The notes under the pieces were generated by a model. That model saw only the letters and a list, made by a program, of their open reading frames with translations, searched no databases and was not told where the DNA came from. The position numbers and the translations under genes are program-made. From assembly GCA_963695975.1 (NCBI GenBank), contig CAVOIB010000009.1:26797-90796 (forward strand): DNA of 64,000 bases. The letters are read 5' to 3'. Position 1 is the stretch's first letter, and the number at the start of each line of letters is the position of its first letter. Positions 1-8,804 of the stretch are shown here, piece by piece. The DNA is from an uncultured Actinomycetes bacterium (GTDB lineage: Bacteria; Actinomycetota; UBA4738; HRBIN12).

Positions 1-96
1 TTGGAGGCCAGATTGGCTGGAGGGGTCAATGTCGCGAACCTCAGCTTGCTGAGCGGGGGGAGATGCTGGAGCCTCGTTCGGCTGTCTGAGAGGGCG

Positions 97-161
97 ATGG
101 CATCACAATGATGCCACTAGCGGTTGACGATGGCACTGGCTGATGCCATCATGGCGCCATG
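97..161 (+). promoter_or_regulatory. Cluster of inverted repeats (GGCATCA-n3-TGATGCC at 99–115; GATGGCA-n8-TGCCATC at 129–150; 12-bp palindrome CATGGCGCCATG at 150–161 overlapping the start codon); putative autoregulatory operator of the downstream RHH-domain gene
   Basis: Half-site TGATGCCA occurs 3–4 times in both orientations within 65 bp directly upstream of, and overlapping, the ATG at 159. Confidence 0.5.
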
Positions 162-698
162 GAACTGGGACCGTACGTGGACAGCATCCACAGCCAACTA
201 GAGGTGGCGGCCGGGGCGGGGGGTGCTGAGGCTCGTGCGCTAGCCGAGCGTCTCGTCGCGCCGCTGGACGCGGCGATCCGCCTGGCGTTGCAGGACGCAC
301 TCGCGGCGGCGACAGAGGAGATCACCACCGAGCTCGCACCGGGGTCGGTCGAGCTACGACTGCGAGGTCGTGACCCTGAGTTCGTGGTGAAGCTGCCGAC
401 GAACGATCCCTCCGGGGAGGAGTCGCTCGAGGGCGACGAGAAGATGCCGGGCGCATGGCCGACCGGTGGGGTCGGCGTTCCGACCGAGGGCGAGGAGGGC
501 ACGATGTCCCGGATCAACCTCCGGATGCCCGATCACCTGAAGGCCCGGATCGAGCATGCGGCCGTCAGTGACGGTCTGTCGGTCAACGCCTGGCTCGTGC
601 GAGCTGCCACCGCGCGGCTCGACCGAACCGATGCGGCACGTCGAGCCGAACGACGTGCGCCGAAGGGCGCTCAGCGCTACTCGGGCTGGGCGCGCTAG
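159..698 (+). CDS. Hypothetical protein with a C-terminal ribbon-helix-helix (CopG/Arc-like) DNA-binding motif
   Basis: C-terminal SRINLRMPDHLKARIEHAAVSDGLSVNAWL has RHH character; gene is followed 17 bp later by a DUF4097 gene. Confidence 0.6.
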   Translation: MELGPYVDSIHSQLEVAAGAGGAEARALAERLVAPLDAAIRLALQDALAAATEEITTELAPGSVELRLRGRDPEFVVKLPTNDPSGEESLEGDEKMPGAWPTGGVGVPTEGEEGTMSRINLRMPDHLKARIEHAAVSDGLSVNAWLVRAATARLDRTDAARRAERRAPKGAQRYSGWAR

Positions 699-714
699 TC
701 AGGAGAGATGTTCG

Positions 715-1587
715 ATGCGGACCTTCGATACGCCCGAACCGATCGCCGTCACTCTGGACGTTGGCGTGGGTGACATCCAGGTCGTGGCGAGCGATCGCAC
801 CGACACCGTCGTCGATGTTCGCCCGAGCGACCCAGCCAAGGAGTCCGATGTGACCGCCGCCGAGCAGACCCGCGTGGAGTACGCGAGCGGCAGGTTGTTG
901 GTCAGGGCGCAGAAGGGGTGGCGGTGGTCCTTCCGTGCAGGTCGGGATTCGATCGACGTGCAGATCGAGCTTCCTGCCGGATCACAGGTGAGCGGTGAGG
1001 CGGGGGTGGCCGCGTTGCACTGCACCGGTCGCGTCGGTGGATGCCGGTTCAAGACCGGCGTCGGCGACATCCAGCTCGACCAAGCGGGCCCGCTCGAGCT
1101 CAAAGCCGGTGCCGGCGACATCACGGTGGGACAGGTCATCGGCGATGCCGAGGTCTCGACGGCCGGAGCCGTGGGGATCGGCAGCGTCGACGGGGTGGCG
1201 GTGGTCAAGAACTCCAACGGCGACACGTGGATCGGCGACGTCACGGGCGACGTGCGGGTGAAAGCGGCCAACGGCAGGATCACCATCGACCGGGCGCGGG
1301 CCGCGGCGACCTTGAAGACCGCCAACGGCGACCTGCGCCTGGTCGAGGTCGAACGTGGTGCTGTCCTCGCCGAAAGCGCGAACGGCAGGATCGACGTCGG
1401 GATCCGCGACGGCGTGGCGGCCTGGCTGGACCTCAAGACGGCGTTCGGCAACGTTCAGAACGACCTCCAGGCTTCCGATCGTCCCACCCCGGACGAGGAG
1501 GCGGTCGACGTGCGCGCCCGGACTTCCTACGGCGATATCACCATCCGCCGCTGCCATCCGAACGACACCGGGAGGGATGAGGCATGA
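715..1587 (+). CDS. DUF4097 family protein (putative beta-strand-repeat, adhesin-like)
   Basis: RBS AGGAGAG at 701–707; repeated GD(I/V)xV / ANGxI beta-strand motifs typical of DUF4097. Confidence 0.75.
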   Translation: MRTFDTPEPIAVTLDVGVGDIQVVASDRTDTVVDVRPSDPAKESDVTAAEQTRVEYASGRLLVRAQKGWRWSFRAGRDSIDVQIELPAGSQVSGEAGVAALHCTGRVGGCRFKTGVGDIQLDQAGPLELKAGAGDITVGQVIGDAEVSTAGAVGIGSVDGVAVVKNSNGDTWIGDVTGDVRVKAANGRITIDRARAAATLKTANGDLRLVEVERGAVLAESANGRIDVGIRDGVAAWLDLKTAFGNVQNDLQASDRPTPDEEAVDVRARTSYGDITIRRCHPNDTGRDEA

Positions 1588-1916
1588 CCATCACGACAGC
1601 TCGATCCGCGATCGCGGCCACCGGGCTGCGCACGGCCTCGACGAGACCCATGAGCCGACCCCACCGGATCCACTTGCTCGGTCCGATCTCTCCGACGATG
1701 TAGTCACGGGCACGTAGCTCGATCCGGGGGAGAAGTCGGCGCCCCGCGGGGAGTCTTGGTCCGGCACCACGCCGACGCTACCGCGGCGGGCCGACACGAT
1801 CCCACCCGACTCAGGTCTGGCGGCTCCTGGAAGGGAGGACCGCACGAAGGAGCATCAATGGGAGGGGAAGCGTCCCGTGCGGTCGTGCTGCGCACGCCAA
1901 AGGGCGGCCGACCGGC

Positions 1917-2975
1917 TCAGGAGCAGATGTGGCTGGCCGTCGGCGGGTCATCGGGGTCATTCGGACTTATCGCCGCGTCGTCCGAGCACACCCGGATGGG
2001 GATCCCGTGCGAGTCCGGATAGATCCCGCCACCCGCCACGCCAGCGGTGTTGCCGGTTACCGATGATGAATCGTTCATCGTTACGCTGTCGTCGGTAGAG
2101 ACGCCGCCGCCCGAACCCCCGGCCGTGTTCCCGGTGACCGTCGACGAGCCGCTCATGATCAGACTGCTCCAAGTGATCAACCCTCCCCCGTTGGCCGCCG
2201 CCGTGTTTCCACTGACCGACGCCGAGTCGTTCAGTAACAGGGTGTTCAAGGCGTCGATGCCCCCGGCGTCCGACCCCGCCACGTTGCCAGAGACGGAGGA
2301 CGAGTCGTTCAGGACGATGTTGTACCCCTCGATCCCGCCACCGCTTCCAGCTGCCGAGTTCCCGGTCACCGACGCGGCGCCGTTCATGGTGATCGGGGCC
2401 CAGCTGCTCCCCAGGATTCCACCCGCATCGCCCTCCGAGGTGTTTCCACTGACCGACGCCGAGTCCGTTAAGGAGAGGTACGAAGGCCGTGAGAAGTCGA
2501 GCACTGCTTGGTAGATGCCGCCGCCCCCCTCAGTCGCGGCATTCCCGAATATCGATGTGACCCCGTTCAGCACGAGCCGACCATGCGAGAACTTGATACC
2601 CGCCCCGCGGAGGCTGCTCCCGTTGGTGATCGCGAGGTCCGTGATCACGACGTTGGCAGAGCGAAGCCGCAGCACCCGACCTGAGCCTGCTCCTTCGAGC
2701 GTGGATATAGGCTGCCCGATAGATGGGACGCCCCTGAGGCGCAACGTCGTATGGTGGATCACCGTTGTTCCGACGCAGGTGCCCTCCACCAGTAAGGAAT
2801 CGCCCTCCGCCGAGGCGTCAACGGCTGCCTGCAACGTGTCGTAGGTCATCCCCGTTCCATCGTTCCGGACCGAGCACGCGGCCGCGACGACAGGTCGAGC
2901 GATCACGACCATCCCTCCGAGCAGCGTGAGCAACGATACGAAGAGAGCCGATGCGCGATGCCAGGTCCGTATCAC
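1917..2975 (-). CDS. Secreted protein or lipoprotein with a right-handed parallel beta-helix repeat domain
   Basis: N-terminal signal peptide ending VAAAC (lipobox-like); about ten imperfect repeats of the type NDSsSVsGNtAGxxGGGI. Confidence 0.7.
   Translation of the reverse strand: MIRTWHRASALFVSLLTLLGGMVVIARPVVAAACSVRNDGTGMTYDTLQAAVDASAEGDSLLVEGTCVGTTVIHHTTLRLRGVPSIGQPISTLEGAGSGRVLRLRSANVVITDLAITNGSSLRGAGIKFSHGRLVLNGVTSIFGNAATEGGGGIYQAVLDFSRPSYLSLTDSASVSGNTSEGDAGGILGSSWAPITMNGAASVTGNSAAGSGGGIEGYNIVLNDSSSVSGNVAGSDAGGIDALNTLLLNDSASVSGNTAAANGGGLITWSSLIMSGSSTVTGNTAGGSGGGVSTDDSVTMNDSSSVTGNTAGVAGGGIYPDSHGIPIRVCSDDAAISPNDPDDPPTASHICS
2050..2700 (-). repeat. Imperfect tandem coding repeats (about 66–78 bp units) inside the beta-helix gene
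   Basis: Protein-level periodicity DS(A/S)SV(S/T)GN(T/S)A...GGGI repeated. Confidence 0.4.
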
Positions 2976-3416
2976 CGATCGCTCCTTTCACCTGAGGGGA
3001 GCGGGGGAGCGCTGCGCCCTCGGCGAGCGTAGTCTCAGCCGGCCTCTTCCGCGCACAGAGGCAGCAAGCCACAGCCCCCTGCCCCGTAACACTTTCCGCC
3101 GCCCGCCCCTCCTGTCCGCTGCATCTGATCGAGAGGATCGTGGGTCCGCTGGGTCTCCGGTTCGCCGAGTCATCGCGTTGGGCGGACGCGCGACTACCGG
3201 AGGGCAGCCGTGTCCATGCGCACGACCTTCAAGTTAGTAACCAGCCCCCTGAAGGCCCTCGTACGGAACGCGGCTCGACAACGCGACGAGGCTCGCCCGG
3301 ATCCGGAGCTGGATCCGAGCGATCTGAGGCCTCGGGGTCGCGGCGTCCGCGCGGCGACCGGCCGGAGAACGGCCGGGCGCCGCGCGTGCGTGTCGCTGGT
3401 CGAGCGGCGATGCCCG

Positions 3417-4070
3417 TCAATAGCCGTAGCCGCCGGACGAACCTCCGCCACCACCGTTCCCACCGTAGGGCGCGGTCGGGCCGTTCTGGCCGCCGCCGCC
3501 TCCCCCGGACGCGAACGCGTTGGTCTGCGACAGGACGCCGGCGAGGCCGAGCGCCCCGATCACCACCGCGGCCGCGAGCGCGAAGCTCCGCACACGTGCT
3601 GCGGCCCGTGCCGTAGCTGATCCGCGGATCACCAGCACCACCGCACCGACGACGGTCACCGCTGCGAGGATCGTCGCCACGCTATCGGGGAACCGGACGG
3701 GCAGCACGACGTGGGCGAACTGGCCGAACGGGAGCCCCACCGTCCGGGAGACGAGCCACGTGGCCACGACGACCGCGTTGCCCAACGCGCCGAGCACGAG
3801 CCACCAGGCGGGAGCCCAGATCAGTGCCAGGAGGCCCCAGACGACCTGCGCCGCGCCCACCGCTGCGAAGAACAGATGGGTCTGCGCGTTGTTGCCCCCG
3901 ATCGTCGCCGCCGCGGCGATGTTGATCGCGCCGGCAGCGATGCTGGCCAGGGCGATCACCGACACGATCCGTGCAGCGCTCCGATCCTGCTCCGCCACCG
4001 CCCCGTTCGTCGCCACCGCGACCGGGCGCTGAGCGGGTGCCGTGTCATCCCATCGAGGTTGTGCAGACAT
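3417..4070 (-). CDS. Integral membrane protein with a Gly/Tyr-rich C-terminal tail
   Basis: Several hydrophobic helices; C-terminus GGGGGGQNGPTAPYGGNGGGGGSSGGYGY. Confidence 0.55.
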   Translation of the reverse strand: MSAQPRWDDTAPAQRPVAVATNGAVAEQDRSAARIVSVIALASIAAGAINIAAAATIGGNNAQTHLFFAAVGAAQVVWGLLALIWAPAWWLVLGALGNAVVVATWLVSRTVGLPFGQFAHVVLPVRFPDSVATILAAVTVVGAVVLVIRGSATARAAARVRSFALAAAVVIGALGLAGVLSQTNAFASGGGGGGQNGPTAPYGGNGGGGGSSGGYGY

Positions 4071-4088
4071 CGTTCTAACTCCTTCCTA

Positions 4089-4223
4089 CTAGATCCGCCG
4101 CCGCTTCTCCCGTGATGGAAGAACGCGACGTACTGGAACGACGTGGGTGACCGCTTCAACCGCGAGGTAGATCGCGAGCCACCTCTTCCACTTCCGCTCG
4201 TATGCCGACCGTTCCGTTTCCAT
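4089..4223 (-). CDS. Small hypothetical protein (44 aa) directly upstream of the membrane protein
   Basis: Strong SD GAGGAGG 5 nt upstream of ATG; 18 bp gap to the next gene; stop lies in CTAG context. Confidence 0.4.
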   Translation of the reverse strand: METERSAYERKWKRWLAIYLAVEAVTHVVPVRRVLPSREKRRRI

Positions 4224-4865
4224 GTCCACCTCCTCATCTGCTCGGTGGTTGCATGGGTAGTACCGGCGGGGGCATCCGACGGTTTGCCCGTGGCACGTGA
4301 TGTTCAGCAAACTCTCAGCGTGCCGTGCGTCACCAAAGGGTGGGCAGGGTCCCGCGCAGGCTCGATCGCTCCTCGCGTCCGGCCAAGACGACCTGCTCTC
4401 ACCTGTACGCGTTGATGTCGGTCATGGTCGTGGGCTCCGGGGTGCTGGCAGCGGTCGGCCACCTCGGGGAAACGGGTACGAGCGCTGGCTGCGAGGGGCA
4501 TTTCCACAACCTTCGGTTCCGACCCAGCGTGTCATCGAGGGGGCCTGTGATTCTCGAGCGATGTGACGAGCAGTCGCGACCAGCACCGTGGCAGCTCGTG
4601 AACGGGATAGGTCAGGTTCTCGCCGCGTCGATCTCCGCGAGCAACCGCACTACCTGCCGGCGAGCGTCCGGGTACATCGTCAGAAGGTCGATGATGTCGG
4701 CCCAATCGTCGCCGTTCTGGTCGCGGTAGCGGAGGAAACAGACGGCAGGAAGCGCCCGGTGCCGCGCAGGTTGAACTGTGCGTTGGGGTCGTCCGTAGAC
4801 CCAAGCAGCGAACAAGCATGGGGCGTCAGGCGGACGCTCTGAGGTGATTCTGAGGGAGAATCGAC

Positions 4866-5084
4866 ATGAAGAAGATGATGGTCGTCGCTGCGGTCCTCGT
4901 GCTGACCTTCGTCGCGCTCCGTCGTTTCGGACCGACGCTGGGCAAGCGGGCCATGGCGAAGTGCCAAGCGATGATGGCGAGCCATCAAGGAGATGTGGGA
5001 GCAGAACTCGCGGACCCCCGTGCCACCTCGAACGAAGAGCGGCTGCGTCCGCCGAGTCTTCAGGGTAGGGGTGGAGGGCGATGA
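4866..5084 (+). CDS. Small membrane or secreted protein (72 aa)
   Basis: SD GAGGGAG 8 nt upstream; N-terminal hydrophobic helix MKKMMVVAAVLVLTFVAL. Confidence 0.45.
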   Translation: MKKMMVVAAVLVLTFVALRRFGPTLGKRAMAKCQAMMASHQGDVGAELADPRATSNEERLRPPSLQGRGGGR

Positions 5085-5187
5085 TGCACCACCCGGTAGG
5101 TACTGCCCTTGACGCCGTCCCGCACGACGATGGTCGCCATGTCTCGAGTCTGTGCGGTGTGCATGATCCGTGCGAGAGATTCGCCCG

Positions 5188-5907
5188 CTACGCTCGGTCG
5201 AGGGCGTTGAGCAGCCGTTTCGCCATCTTCGGGCTCGCGCCGTCGTCTTCGTGCTTGAAGTAGCAGAAGACGTCGCTGCCGGCATCAAGCGCCGGGCGGA
5301 TCCGGTCGGCCCACGCGGTCAACTCATCGTCGGTGTACTCGGTCTTGCGCAAACGTAGGTATCCCGCCGGTTCCCAAGAGAGGTCGTTCGGACCGGGATC
5401 CTGCTCGTCAGTTTCTGCGACGCACCACGCGACCCCCTGTGACAAGAGAAGTTCGCGCGCTTCCGTCCACGATGGATGGCGGAACTCCATCGCGAAGCGG
5501 GGTGGTCCGGGCGGCAGGTACCCGACGAACGACTCGATCAGCTCGCGGTCGTAGTGCAGCGACGGCGGGCACTGGAACAGGATGCATCCCAAACGATCGC
5601 CCAGCAGTCGCGCCCGTTCCAGGAAGTCGCGGACGTCGTCGTCCGCGTCGCGCAGTCTCTTGAAGTGCGTGATCCGCTGGTTCGCCTTCAGCGTGAACAC
5701 GAACCCGGGTTGCGCCTGCTCGCGCCACGTGAGCATCGACTTCTCGGTCGGGAAGCGCCGGAACGTGTAGTTCACCTCGACCGACGAGAGCTGGGACGAG
5801 TAGTACGAGAGCATCTCGCGGTTCTTGAGGCCCTCCGGATAGAAGACGCCATGCTTCCACTCGTCGTAGGCGTAGCCCGACGTTCCCAGGTAGAAGGATC
5901 CGGTCAC
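5188..5907 (-). CDS. DUF72 family protein
   Basis: N-terminal YLGTSGYAY..W motif and length are typical of DUF72; GTG start inferred where homology begins; the annotated 466-aa ORF is a GC-shadow extension. Confidence 0.7.
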   Translation of the reverse strand: MTGSFYLGTSGYAYDEWKHGVFYPEGLKNREMLSYYSSQLSSVEVNYTFRRFPTEKSMLTWREQAQPGFVFTLKANQRITHFKRLRDADDDVRDFLERARLLGDRLGCILFQCPPSLHYDRELIESFVGYLPPGPPRFAMEFRHPSWTEARELLLSQGVAWCVAETDEQDPGPNDLSWEPAGYLRLRKTEYTDDELTAWADRIRPALDAGSDVFCYFKHEDDGASPKMAKRLLNALDRA

Positions 5908-5913
5908 GGTGGC

Positions 5914-6594
5914 ATGATGACACGCATGAGCGTTCCCGAGGAACGCGTGACGATCGCGGGCGGTCCTTCGAGGGTGTCTGGCGTCTACGCGCGGCCTGCG
6001 GACCCGATCGCCACGATCGTCGTCGCCCACGGCGCGGGCGCCGGCATGGATCACCCGTTCATGGTGGGGTTCACCCGGGCGATGAACGACGAGGACATCG
6101 CCACGCTGCGGTTCAACTTCCCGTACACGGAGGCCGGCCGGCGTTCGCCGGACCGGGCGCCGGTGGCCATAGCGACCTGGCGGGCCGCGATGCAGGAGGC
6201 GGCACGGCGCGCGGCGGCCGGCGAGCCCGTCTGGGCGTCCGGGAAGTCGTTCGGGGGCCGGATGGCCTCGATGGCGGTGGCGGATGGCATGTCCGCCGCG
6301 GGACTCGTGTTCCTGGGGTACCCGCTCCATCCCCCTGGCAAGCCGGAGGCGATTCGCGATGAGCACCTCTACGCGATCACGGTGCCGATGTTGTTCCTGG
6401 AAGGCACGCGCGATCCGTTCGCGACGCGCGAGCTTCTGGAAGGAGTGACAGCGAAGCTTGGACCGCGCGCGTCGGTCGTCTGGATCGACGGTGGTGACCA
6501 TTCCTTCAACGTGCGCGGCGTGAAGGCCGATGCGCGCGCGGTCGGCGCGGGACTGGCGACGCCCGTCGGCGCCTTCATCCGGGGGCACGTCTGA
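5914..6594 (+). CDS. Alpha/beta-fold hydrolase (dienelactone-hydrolase-like, KANL3/Tex30-type)
   Basis: HGAGAGMDHPF...GKSFGGRMAS nucleophile-elbow motif; an alternative start exists at 5926. Confidence 0.7.
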   Translation: MMTRMSVPEERVTIAGGPSRVSGVYARPADPIATIVVAHGAGAGMDHPFMVGFTRAMNDEDIATLRFNFPYTEAGRRSPDRAPVAIATWRAAMQEAARRAAAGEPVWASGKSFGGRMASMAVADGMSAAGLVFLGYPLHPPGKPEAIRDEHLYAITVPMLFLEGTRDPFATRELLEGVTAKLGPRASVVWIDGGDHSFNVRGVKADARAVGAGLATPVGAFIRGHV

Positions 6595-6881
6595 TGCCGC
6601 GCAAGAACCGGCGCAACCCCGAGTACTTCACCGCTCCCGAGGCGCCACCCGCGCGAGCGGACGCGCCCCTTTGGGCCGAGGTCCCTGGGTACGACGTCAG
6701 ACACGTCGGCGGACAGAAGGAGTACCGATGCCCGGGATGTGACCACATCGTTCGACAGGGTGTGTGGCACCTGGTGGTCGTGCCAGACGGGGATCCGGAC
6801 TCCCGGCGTCACTGGCACACCGAGTGTTGGCGACGAGAGCTGAAACGCCTTGGACGGTACCGGGCGTCGTCAGAGGGCTGA
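6594..6881 (+). CDS. Small Cys/His-rich (zinc-ribbon-like) conserved hypothetical protein
   Basis: ATGA stop/start overlap with the hydrolase gene; CPGC...H...HTEC motif. Confidence 0.5.
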   Translation: MPRKNRRNPEYFTAPEAPPARADAPLWAEVPGYDVRHVGGQKEYRCPGCDHIVRQGVWHLVVVPDGDPDSRRHWHTECWRRELKRLGRYRASSEG

Positions 6882-7292
6882 CGTCGCGTCGAGCCGCTGC
6901 ACGACGGCGCGCAGGATCTTGACCGCGATGTCCTCCTCGTACAGGACCTTCTGGAACTCGCTCCGTCCCAAGAGGAAGCAGCGCATCGGTGTCACGGCCT
7001 GCACCGTGGCGGTGCGTGGGCTCCGCCCGATCAGCGTTCGCAGCAACGCGAGCTCGCCGAAGTAGTCCCCCGCGCCGAGCGAGTTGACCCTCCTGTCCCC
7101 GCGCCGTACGTCGGCGTCTCCCTCGAGGATCACGAAGAAGTCGTCGGCCATCGCACCCTGCTCGCACAGGATCTGACCAGGTTCGTACGTCTGCTCCCAG
7201 CCGTTGGCCGCGATGTGTTTGAGCTGGCGGCGCGAGCAGCTGCCGAAGAGCGGAACGACCCGCAACGCAGAGATCGTCTCGGCTTGGCTCAT
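6870..7292 (-). CDS. Stand-alone cyclic nucleotide-binding (cNMP/CAP effector) domain protein
   Basis: PLF...G(D/E)xGDxFFVIxxG...GExAL...RTATV signature of the cNMP-binding domain. Confidence 0.8.
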   Translation of the reverse strand: MSQAETISALRVVPLFGSCSRRQLKHIAANGWEQTYEPGQILCEQGAMADDFFVILEGDADVRRGDRRVNSLGAGDYFGELALLRTLIGRSPRTATVQAVTPMRCFLLGRSEFQKVLYEEDIAVKILRAVVQRLDATSAL

Positions 7293-7305
7293 CGGATGGA
7301 ACCCT

Positions 7306-7725
7306 ATGGAGGATGGGGATGTCGCACAAGTGCACGTCCCGGGCCCCGACTATCATCCGCGCGGGATGGGTGACGACGTCCGGGTTCGACTCTGGGAAAC
7401 AGGTGGGCGCTGGTACGCGCACATCCTGGACGCGCCCGCGTTCATCGAAGTGACCGGGACGACGCGCGAGCGCTGCCTCGAGGAGCTCCGCAGGACCACG
7501 GGCCCAGACGTCTCCCTGACGATCGAGGTCGTGCCGCAGATCGTCGGGGTCGCCGAGGCCGCGGAGATCATGGGGTGGGACAAGCGCCGCGTGGTCACCT
7601 ACATCGACCGAGGTCAGTTCCCCGAGCCGCTCACCTCGCTCGCATCCGGACGCATCTGGCTGCGCGAAGACGTGGAGCGGTTCGCGGAGGAGTGGCGGGC
7701 GCGCCATCCGAAGTCCGTCACGTGA
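7306..7725 (+). CDS. HicB-like (UPF0150) antitoxin-type protein with a C-terminal excisionase/MerR-like HTH
   Basis: WYAHILDAPAF...C.EEL N-terminal module; C-terminal IMGWDKRRVVTYIDRGQFPEP; start uncertain, an alternative ATG lies at 7366. Confidence 0.5.
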   Translation: MEDGDVAQVHVPGPDYHPRGMGDDVRVRLWETGGRWYAHILDAPAFIEVTGTTRERCLEELRRTTGPDVSLTIEVVPQIVGVAEAAEIMGWDKRRVVTYIDRGQFPEPLTSLASGRIWLREDVERFAEEWRARHPKSVT

Positions 7726-8804
7726 TGCGGCGCCTCTACCTGATCCGACACGGCAGCGCGGACCGTCGCGCGAACGACGTGCTCCAGACCCGCCTCGGCC
7801 CGCAGGCCGATCCGCCCCTTGACGCCTCCGGGCGGGAACAGGCGCGGCTCCTCACGCGCCGCCTCCGGCTGATGCCTGCGCCGGCCGCGGTGCTCTGCTC
7901 GCCGTTGAGGCGCGCACGAGAGACGGTGGCGCCGATCGCGGAGGCGACGGGCACCGACGTGATGTACATCGACGATCTGGCCGAGTGGTACGGGGGCGCC
8001 TGGGAGTTGAAGGAGTTCGAGGACATCTTCCGCGACCACCCGGAGGTCGCGGGCCTCGTCAGGAGCCAAGACCCGATCTGGCACCTGGCTCCCGGCGGAG
8101 AGGATCAGATCTCGTTCCAGCGGCGCGTCGTCGGCGCGGTCGAAGGAGCGTTGGCCCGGCACCCGGGTGGCGACGTCTGGATCGTGTGTCACGGTGGTGT
8201 GATCAATGCCTATGTCGGGAGCGTGCTCGGGCTCCGCGACCAGGAGATGTTCATGCTCCCCGATAACACGAGCCTCAACACGATCGTCGTCGACGGTGAG
8301 GAGCGCCACCTGTGGTTCCTGAACGACACCGCGCACCTGAGCGATCCAGACCTCTTCGGGGCTGGAGACGGGCCTCACCTATACTCGCCCGCACATCTCG
8401 AGCGCGAAGGAGCGAACCCCGTGACCGTGAAGTTCCTCTCGGAAGAGTGGGCGGAAGCCCTCAAGGATCAGCTGAACGCGAGTCCTGAGTTCAAGGAAGC
8501 GGCTGCCGGCAAGTCCGCGGCGATCCAGCAGGTGATCGGCGGCCCCGACGGCGAGACGCGGTACTGGATCACGATCGCCGAGGATACGATCGACATGGGT
8601 GTGGGCGACACGTCGAACCCCGATGCGACGATCACCGAGAGCTACGACACCGCCGTTGCGCTCGCCAAGAGCGAGCTCTCGCCGGTGACCGCGTTCATGA
8701 CCGGGAAGATCAAGGTCGCGGGGAACATGGGGATGCTGCTGGGGCTCCAGGCGGTCCTGTCGCTGCTCCCAGGGGCGATGGCCGCGATCGACGTCGAGTA
8801 CTAG
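7725..8804 (+). CDS. Histidine phosphatase (phosphoglycerate-mutase family) fused to a C-terminal SCP2 sterol-carrier domain
   Basis: RHG motif LIRHGSA...H; C-terminal FMTGKIKVAGNMGMLLGLQ is typical of SCP2; TGATG coupling to the upstream gene. Confidence 0.75.
   Translation: MRRLYLIRHGSADRRANDVLQTRLGPQADPPLDASGREQARLLTRRLRLMPAPAAVLCSPLRRARETVAPIAEATGTDVMYIDDLAEWYGGAWELKEFEDIFRDHPEVAGLVRSQDPIWHLAPGGEDQISFQRRVVGAVEGALARHPGGDVWIVCHGGVINAYVGSVLGLRDQEMFMLPDNTSLNTIVVDGEERHLWFLNDTAHLSDPDLFGAGDGPHLYSPAHLEREGANPVTVKFLSEEWAEALKDQLNASPEFKEAAAGKSAAIQQVIGGPDGETRYWITIAEDTIDMGVGDTSNPDATITESYDTAVALAKSELSPVTAFMTGKIKVAGNMGMLLGLQAVLSLLPGAMAAIDVEY

Noticed and set aside
2047-2514. 155-aa plus-strand ORF
   Set aside because: It is the antisense shadow of the repetitive beta-helix gene, and its proline-rich periodic translation mirrors the repeats
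5908-6588. N-terminal 226-codon extension of the DUF72 ORF (466-aa frame)
   Set aside because: DUF72 homology begins at VTGSFYLGTSGY. The extension is R/H/P-rich and antisense to the hydrolase gene
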